A stretch of DNA of 64,000 nt from an uncultured cyanobacterium (GTDB lineage Bacteria > Cyanobacteriota > Cyanobacteriia > Cyanobacteriales > CAWCAG01), in assembly GCA_963793425.1 (NCBI GenBank), contig CAWCAG010000005.1:736001-800000 (forward strand), written 5' to 3'. The position numbers and the translations under genes are program-made. The notes beneath the pieces were generated by a model. It had not been told where the DNA came from. It saw only the letters and a program-made list of their open reading frames with translations, and made no database searches. How positions within the stretch are numbered: the first letter of the stretch is position 1; every line of letters starts with the position of its first letter. This document shows, in pieces, positions 39,328 through 46,021 of the stretch.

Positions 39328-40773
39328 ATGAAATTCAGTATTGTTATCACAACTTATAATCGTCTGCCTTTATTAAAGCGCGCTATCGAAAAATGCTTAG
39401 CGCAAACCATTCCCTGCGAAGTTATTGTTGTAGATGATTGTTCTGATGATGGAACCCAAGATTATGTAACTACTCTCATCAAAAAAACCGGTAATAAATC
39501 CTTAATTTATTACCGTAATCCAGTTAACTTAGGACATTCCCAAAGTGTTAATGCTGGGGTAAAAATCGCTACAGGAGAATGGATTAAGTTTCTTGATGAT
39601 GACGATTATCTTGCTCCTAATTGCCTCAAAGAAATTGCCAAAGTAATCTCTTTACATCCCCAAGGGGTAATTTGTTCGGTACAAGCAGCTCAAGTAGATG
39701 AAAATGAAGTAGAAATTACGAGAACCAGACAAATCAATTCTAGTAAGGCTTTTTACATCCCTCAAGAAGATATTCACTACGGTATGCTTCTAGAAATGGT
39801 TCCTTTTGGCACTCCGGTTCAAGTTGCTTGTCGTCGAGATGCCTTCTTAGAATCGGGCGGTTGGGATTCTGGTTTGGATGCTAATTTTGATGATATAGAT
39901 TCTTGGATTAAAATTGCTCAGTTTGGGGATGCTATTTTTATTAATGAATGTTTAGCTTATCGTACTATTTGGTCTGGTGCATATAATCACAAATTCTCTT
40001 TAGAAAAGCGGCTGGAAACCAACTTATTAATTAAACAAAGCATTCATGCTTTAATACATTCTAAACACCGAAGCTATACTCCTGCTATTGAAACCATTGC
40101 TAGATATCTTAAGTTGCATTGGAGCTTAGTTGCCCTAAAACAAGTCAAATTTAGTACGGCCTTTAAATTAATGTTTCCTAACATCTTTTTCTGGTCTGCT
40201 TGGCAACTAATTTTAGGTAAAGCAGGAGAAAGCTACCGTAACCGTAACTTACATCAAATTACCATTAAGCAGGATATTGATAAGGTAGCTCAAGAACAAC
40301 AGTCCTACAGAGAAATAATCGAGCAAATCAGAAGCTATTTAAAACTGCGTTGGGGCTTCAAAGCTTTTCAAAAAGGAGAATTTTCTACAGGCATTCAAAT
40401 CGCTTTATCAGCTTTATTTTCTTCTCAAGTTTGGGGTATTACCCTAGCCGCAGCTTTTCCCAAAATTTATCAAGAAAATCTGGAATTGAAAAAGCAATTA
40501 AATCAGAATATTTTAGTAATGGAAGCAATTTGCTCCTTGCTTAACGACAAGCACCAAGAAACCCTACCCAACCTCCAGGAACTAAAGAAATACCTTAAAG
40601 TACGTCTATTTCTTTTAGCTTTCCGTGAAGGAAAAATTAGTGTAGCTATGAGGTTAGCTTTGCCAACAATTCTCTCTCCAGTTGTCTGGAAGCTATTATC
40701 TAGAATTGCGATCTTAACCCGTATTAGTAAGCAAAAACCAATTATTCGTAGATTTGTCTTATTAGAATCCTGA
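39328..40773 (+). CDS. Glycosyltransferase family 2 with triplicated C-terminal helical module
   Basis: FSIVITTYNR, VVDDCSDDGT, FLDDDD; close paralog of 15985-16953. Confidence 0.92.
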   Translation: MKFSIVITTYNRLPLLKRAIEKCLAQTIPCEVIVVDDCSDDGTQDYVTTLIKKTGNKSLIYYRNPVNLGHSQSVNAGVKIATGEWIKFLDDDDYLAPNCLKEIAKVISLHPQGVICSVQAAQVDENEVEITRTRQINSSKAFYIPQEDIHYGMLLEMVPFGTPVQVACRRDAFLESGGWDSGLDANFDDIDSWIKIAQFGDAIFINECLAYRTIWSGAYNHKFSLEKRLETNLLIKQSIHALIHSKHRSYTPAIETIARYLKLHWSLVALKQVKFSTAFKLMFPNIFFWSAWQLILGKAGESYRNRNLHQITIKQDIDKVAQEQQSYREIIEQIRSYLKLRWGFKAFQKGEFSTGIQIALSALFSSQVWGITLAAAFPKIYQENLELKKQLNQNILVMEAICSLLNDKHQETLPNLQELKKYLKVRLFLLAFREGKISVAMRLALPTILSPVVWKLLSRIAILTRISKQKPIIRRFVLLES

Positions 40774-40800
40774 GATCATTAAACATTAAGCATTAAATAT

Positions 40801-42225
40801 TTATCTAGCTAGGTTTTCTTGGCAGCGTTCTAGATAAATATGAGCGGTTTTATCTTTAGGATTTTGTGCGACACATTCTGAGAAAATAATTTCTGCTTCG
40901 ACATAATTATCTTGATGGAAAAGTAGCAACCCCTGTTCAAAACTAATTCTCGTAGCTAACTTTCCCTGGCGCACTTCAAGAGGATCGCCATCAAATACTT
41001 CATAAATACTAACCCAGTCCGATTTACCTTTCACTTTAACCCGGTCAATAATACGAATACAATAATTATTAGAGTCTTTTAATTCCAGAAAAGTATGATG
41101 GGAAATAAAAAAAGATACTCCATAACTTTCTGTTAATTCTTCAAGTCGAGCAGCTAAATTAACCGTATCGCTAATAACAGTACCGTCCATACGATTTTTT
41201 CCACCAACTGTACCCAACATCAAGGAACCTGTATTAATACCAATACCAATTTGAATGGGCGCACGTCCTGGTCTTTGCCTAGTTTGATTATAATTATTTA
41301 AAAGCTGTAACATAGTAATACCCGCAGTAACAGCATCATCAGCACTACCACTGAAAAGAGCCATAATAGCATCGCCAATATATTTATCAATGAAACCATT
41401 ATTATTAATAATTGCTGGTTCCATACGACTTAAATAAGCATTAATAAACTTAAAGCTATCCTCTGAACTCATGCTTTCAGAAAGACTAGTAAAGCCACGA
41501 ATATCAGAAAATAACACTGACATTTCCTTTTCTACAGATTCTCCTAACTCCACATCAATAATACTTTTTTTATTTAAAAATTGGAGAAACTCATGGGGGA
41601 CAAAACGTTCGTAAGCTTGGTTAAGTTTAAATAATTGGTTAGTATATTTGCGAAGCTCTAACTCAGCGTTTTTGCGTTCTGTAATATCAGCAAAAGCCGC
41701 GATCGCATAAATAATTTCTTTCTTTTCATTAAAGATTGGTGTCGCCCAAACTTCCACAGAAATAGTCTTATTTCCTTGGCGTATTTCTACATCATCAACA
41801 GCAACACTTTCTCCTTGCAAAGCCCTTAGTAAAGGTTGGCGATCGCCAGGATAAAATTCAGCTGTTTCTGATAGATAAAATTGATATACTTCTGATAGCT
41901 TCTCAGCAGTGGTTTCTGGGGCAATACCTTTACCTAGTAATTGCTCTGCTCTTTGATTCGCATAAAAAGGCTTACCCTGGGCATCAACAACAAAAACGCC
42001 TATGGGCATAGCTTCTAGAAACTGCTGTAACCTCTTCTCGCTTTCAACTAAAACCGTTTCTGCTTGTTTGTGTAATTCTGCCTCAATTGTGTCAGAATGC
42101 TCAGTAGTCGTCTCTAAGAGAATCTCCAGATCAGCTTTTTCTTGCCTTAACCCCGCAACTTCCTGACGCAAATTCTCTATCTCTAATAAGAGTTTTTCTG
42201 TAGAGGGTTGTTCTTCTTGCTGCAT
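40801..42225 (-). CDS. Class III adenylate cyclase (coiled coil-PAS-cyclase-TPR-like)
   Basis: LFSDIRGFT, DKYIGDAIM, GIGINTG, RMDGTVISDTVNLAARLE, VKGK; PAS at about aa 60-185. Confidence 0.92.
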   Translation of the reverse strand: MQQEEQPSTEKLLLEIENLRQEVAGLRQEKADLEILLETTTEHSDTIEAELHKQAETVLVESEKRLQQFLEAMPIGVFVVDAQGKPFYANQRAEQLLGKGIAPETTAEKLSEVYQFYLSETAEFYPGDRQPLLRALQGESVAVDDVEIRQGNKTISVEVWATPIFNEKKEIIYAIAAFADITERKNAELELRKYTNQLFKLNQAYERFVPHEFLQFLNKKSIIDVELGESVEKEMSVLFSDIRGFTSLSESMSSEDSFKFINAYLSRMEPAIINNNGFIDKYIGDAIMALFSGSADDAVTAGITMLQLLNNYNQTRQRPGRAPIQIGIGINTGSLMLGTVGGKNRMDGTVISDTVNLAARLEELTESYGVSFFISHHTFLELKDSNNYCIRIIDRVKVKGKSDWVSIYEVFDGDPLEVRQGKLATRISFEQGLLLFHQDNYVEAEIIFSECVAQNPKDKTAHIYLERCQENLAR

Positions 42226-42296
42226 TGCCCAGGATAAGATTCATTTTTTTGTGTAAATTCGACTAAGCCCCTTCAGACTAGGCAATGATATATTTT

Positions 42297-42336
42297 TACC
42301 TATTACCTATTACCTATTACTTATTACTTAATTACT
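42297..42336 (+). repeat. Heptamer tandem repeat (TACCTAT/TACTTAT) inside the Amt operon
   Basis: tacctat tacctat tacctat tacttat tacttaa ttact. Confidence 0.8.
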
Positions 42337-42343
42337 CACTCCC

Positions 42344-42688
42344 TCATGCCCATTCTAATTCTAAATTAGGCATTAAGCGTTGAAGGTTTTTTAAAGATTT
42401 CCCCTGCCAAGGAACCTGCTTAGATCCCTGTACTACCATAGAAACATCCTTTTCCTGGCGGACTTTAATAACAAATTTTGATAAAACATTAATACCTGAA
42501 CTATTAAGAAACTGCAAGTCTTGCAAATTCAAAGTAATAATGGGAGACTTTTGTTCAAGGACTTGGTGTAGTAACTCAATAATTGGTGCATATTCTTCCA
42601 TACCACTAAGTCTTAGAGTCCCTTGACAGTTTACCGTTGCTGTAGATTGTTTATAGCAAATACTGTATTCTTTTGTCTTAATCTCCAT
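42344..42688 (-). CDS. STAS-domain anti-anti-sigma-like protein (Slr1659-like)
   Basis: LNLQDLQFLNSSGINVL resembles the phosphorylated D/N-S-S-G motif of SpoIIAA/RsbV; 114 aa. Confidence 0.8.
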   Translation of the reverse strand: MEIKTKEYSICYKQSTATVNCQGTLRLSGMEEYAPIIELLHQVLEQKSPIITLNLQDLQFLNSSGINVLSKFVIKVRQEKDVSMVVQGSKQVPWQGKSLKNLQRLMPNLELEWA

Positions 42689-42703
42689 TTCTCCCCCTGT
42701 AAG

Positions 42704-43285
42704 CTATAACTTTAGCTGTACCAATGTGGTTAAAGCAACTATTTCTGGATTTTGCTGCACCGTCTCCAATTTCCAGCCCACCTTTGCCATATAATCATTG
42801 ATTATGGTTAGAAAGCCTAACCCAGAGTTGGTATCGTTGTCACCCTGAGCATTTTCTTCTAATTGCAGAATATATAATTCTTGGGGATCGTAGGTTGCTA
42901 GTTTGTTGATAAAAACTTTAAGTTTATCTTGGTATTGAGAACTAATACTATTAGTAGTAGAAAAAACCACTCTATCGCGGTGAAAATGCAAGCTAATACT
43001 GATCGGATAATCCTTTTCTTCATCATTGAACTTCATGGCATTTTCTAACAATTCATTGGCAATATAACTAACAGCACCTTTAATCTCTGCTTGATGCTCC
43101 ATCTCATTTAACTCAATTTCATTGTTAAGAAAGAAAGTGGTTAAATAGTCTCCTAAAAAATCAGCCGATAAACCATTGTTGCGCCAACGTTTCTTGATGG
43201 GAACTGAGCTAGGTGAAAATTGCAGGATCAAATATTCTTGAGTTGCAGGTAGATTGTGTCCGTAGTCTCCAAATACTTGCTTCAT
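42704..43285 (-). CDS. Anti-sigma-type GHKL Ser/Thr kinase (Slr1658/SiaB-like)
   Basis: N-box ANELLENAMKF and G2-like SGLGFLTI without a His phosphoacceptor domain; RWRNNGLSADF motif. Confidence 0.75.
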   Translation of the reverse strand: MKQVFGDYGHNLPATQEYLILQFSPSSVPIKKRWRNNGLSADFLGDYLTTFFLNNEIELNEMEHQAEIKGAVSYIANELLENAMKFNDEEKDYPISISLHFHRDRVVFSTTNSISSQYQDKLKVFINKLATYDPQELYILQLEENAQGDNDTNSGLGFLTIINDYMAKVGWKLETVQQNPEIVALTTLVQLKL

Positions 43286-45774
43286 GGTAATTCAATTATT
43301 TCTAACCCTTTTCTTTTAATTGCCACCAAAGTAATATCATCATAAACTTTTTGTTCTCCAATATATCCTTTAACATGGCTGATCACCTCAGAACAAACTT
43401 CCTCTACCGATGCAGACCAATTTTGTTGGATTACTTTACACAATCTTTCTATGCCATAGTGCAAACCCTGCTCATTTTCAGCTTCAGTAATGCCATCTGT
43501 ATAAAGTATTATTCCATCTCCTGGCCCTAACTCTACCTTTGTTTCTGCTAAGAACTCAACTACATCTTCAATTAAACCTAAAGGAAAACCTAAATCAATG
43601 GTATCAATCCGCTCAATTTCGCCATTTTGGCGTACTAAAATGACTTCTTCATGCTGTCCACTCAAGGTGAGAATACCTGCTTGGTAGTCAAGTAAACAAA
43701 GGGTAAGATTTTTTTCGGAACTCATACGTTGGACATTTTCATACACTGTCCAATTAATGGCTTCTAGGTACTTTTTGAGATCAGTCTCACCATTGGCTAA
43801 GAGGGTTCGTACAGCAGTTTGTACCATCAACATTAGTACTCCACTCTCTAATCCATGGCCGGTCACATCGCCGATACCAATTTTAATCCTGCCGTTATGA
43901 TAGATGACATCATAATAATCTCCTCCCACTTCCTGGGCCGGTTCCATGAAACCAGCTATTTCTAATTCTGGTATTTTTTTAAGTTCCTCTTGATTAGGAA
44001 GAATCATAGTTTGCAGACGGCGAGTAATATCTACTTCTGAACTGAGGCGTAGGTTTTCTTGTTGCAGTCTTTGATTAAGGGTGGTAATTTCTAAGTTAGC
44101 TTGAGCTAAAGCTTGTTGGGCTTCTTTGCGATCGCTTATATCTCGAAAAATGCCAGTGTAAAATCCCCCAGAGGCTAATTTTGCTTCTGATAAGCTAGCT
44201 TCTAAAGGTAGGGTTGAATCGTTAGCTTGCTTACCAACAACTTCATGTAAACCTACTCCTAATAAATTCTCTAAGGAAATATCTTCCGGCAATTCTAAAA
44301 GTTGATACATCGACATTCCGACTAAATTACTAAGAGGATAGCCGAAAATCACTTCTGCACTAGGATTAGCCATAATAATTTGTAAATCTAGTTTGCTGAA
44401 GGTAATGATGGCATCAGTAGCGGTTTTAAAAAGTGCTTCAGTGCGGCTTATAGCTTCTTCTAAAGCATCCATTACCTGGTTGTAGCGTTCGGCAATTAAG
44501 CCGACTTCGGTAAAGGGTTCTAGGGGAACACGCAAGCTTAAATCTTGGGTTTGAGCTTGCAAATCCATAACCTTAAATAAGTCATGAATTTCTGTTTTAG
44601 CACGATGTTCTGATATATTTAGACCAACTTTTTCTTGTTCTAAGGAAACTCGTAAAGGGAAGAAGCGGTTAAGAGTGCGTAGTAACAAGTAACTTAAACC
44701 AAAAGACCAGACAAAACAGACAAAAATCCCCAACAATTGTACTAATATTTGGTTTCCTTTCGTTAACCCCGTAGCTAACAAATCCGCTTTACCAAACAAA
44801 GCCACAGCCAAAGTTCCCCACACCCCAGCCCCGGCATGAACGGCGATCGCATCTACTGCATCATCAATACGCCAACGCCGAAGCCAATAGGAAACAAGTA
44901 TAGTAACTCCTGCACCAATTGAGCCAATAATTACCGCTTCTGCAGTGTTGACGACATTACAGTTAGCCGTAATCGCCACCAATCCGGCTAGGGAACCATT
45001 AATCAATATTTCTACTTCCGGGATTTTGTGCTGCTGCCAACCAATTATTCCGGCGGTAATCATCCCTGCCACCCCAGCTAAGACAGTGTTAACAATGATG
45101 CCAGGGACTTGCTCATTTAATTCTAAGGTACTGCCACCATTGAAGCCTAACCAGCCGATCCACAATAACATGGCTCCTAAAACAGAAAATTGTAAATTGG
45201 AGCCGTGAATCTTACGGGGCCTTCCTTCAGGGGGAAATCTGCCAGTGCGAGAACCAATAACGAATAAAGCGGCTAAACCTACCCAACCTCCTACGCTATG
45301 AACAACTGTAGAACCAGCAAAATCTAAAAAACCAAGTTGTTTTAACCACCCGGCTTGGTTCCAACTCCAATGGCCAAAAAAAGGATAAATTGTACTGGAA
45401 ACTAAAACTGTGGTGGTTAGGTAGGCCCCAAACTTCATGCGCTCCGCCACTGCCCCTGAAACGATGGTGGCAGTAGTGCTACAAAACATGGCTTGGAAGA
45501 GGAAGAAGGCAGCTTTTTGAGCTTGGGAGTCTAAATTGACCAAAAAGTCTGTTGAGCCAACCCAGCCCCCTTGGGAAACCCCGAACATCCAGGCATAACC
45601 AAATAGCCAAAAGCAGGCTACGGAAATGCCGAAATCTGCTAAGTTTTTCACCGCAACGTTAATACTATTTTTGGAGCGGGTTAACCCAGACTCCAAACAC
45701 ATAAATCCTGGTTGCATTAAAAACACTAAACCAGCAGAAACCAGGAGCCAGAGGATGTTGATAGTTGTCTCCAT
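43282..45774 (-). CDS. Ammonium transporter (Amt) fused to PAS and PP2C/SpoIIE phosphatase
   Basis: Amt motifs MQPGF..LESG, FQAMF, SGAVAER, HWSW, DFAGSTVVH, WLGFNGGS, DDAVDAIAVH, LRV..E..GLN..EH; PAS; VGGDYYD, GDVTGHG, YTDGITE, DDIT. Confidence 0.93.
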   Translation of the reverse strand: METTINILWLLVSAGLVFLMQPGFMCLESGLTRSKNSINVAVKNLADFGISVACFWLFGYAWMFGVSQGGWVGSTDFLVNLDSQAQKAAFFLFQAMFCSTTATIVSGAVAERMKFGAYLTTTVLVSSTIYPFFGHWSWNQAGWLKQLGFLDFAGSTVVHSVGGWVGLAALFVIGSRTGRFPPEGRPRKIHGSNLQFSVLGAMLLWIGWLGFNGGSTLELNEQVPGIIVNTVLAGVAGMITAGIIGWQQHKIPEVEILINGSLAGLVAITANCNVVNTAEAVIIGSIGAGVTILVSYWLRRWRIDDAVDAIAVHAGAGVWGTLAVALFGKADLLATGLTKGNQILVQLLGIFVCFVWSFGLSYLLLRTLNRFFPLRVSLEQEKVGLNISEHRAKTEIHDLFKVMDLQAQTQDLSLRVPLEPFTEVGLIAERYNQVMDALEEAISRTEALFKTATDAIITFSKLDLQIIMANPSAEVIFGYPLSNLVGMSMYQLLELPEDISLENLLGVGLHEVVGKQANDSTLPLEASLSEAKLASGGFYTGIFRDISDRKEAQQALAQANLEITTLNQRLQQENLRLSSEVDITRRLQTMILPNQEELKKIPELEIAGFMEPAQEVGGDYYDVIYHNGRIKIGIGDVTGHGLESGVLMLMVQTAVRTLLANGETDLKKYLEAINWTVYENVQRMSSEKNLTLCLLDYQAGILTLSGQHEEVILVRQNGEIERIDTIDLGFPLGLIEDVVEFLAETKVELGPGDGIILYTDGITEAENEQGLHYGIERLCKVIQQNWSASVEEVCSEVISHVKGYIGEQKVYDDITLVAIKRKGLEIIELP

Positions 45775-46021
45775 AATGAGTCGGGGAATTTATTGTTAGA
45801 GTGCAACTAGTTTAAGCACAATTATCTCTGTTGGGAAGCTAAGCTAGTCTCAAGATAATAGTTTTTTGGAAATTCCCCGCTAATTATCTTTCATCTCACT
45901 CAAGTTGAACATTAAGCGAACGTGATCGCAGACGAAGGTGTTCGACTATAGAAATAAGGAAGGGGTGGTTTATGGTAACAAAAATAATGGGGACAACTAG
46001 GTACTACTAGTCTATTAATTC

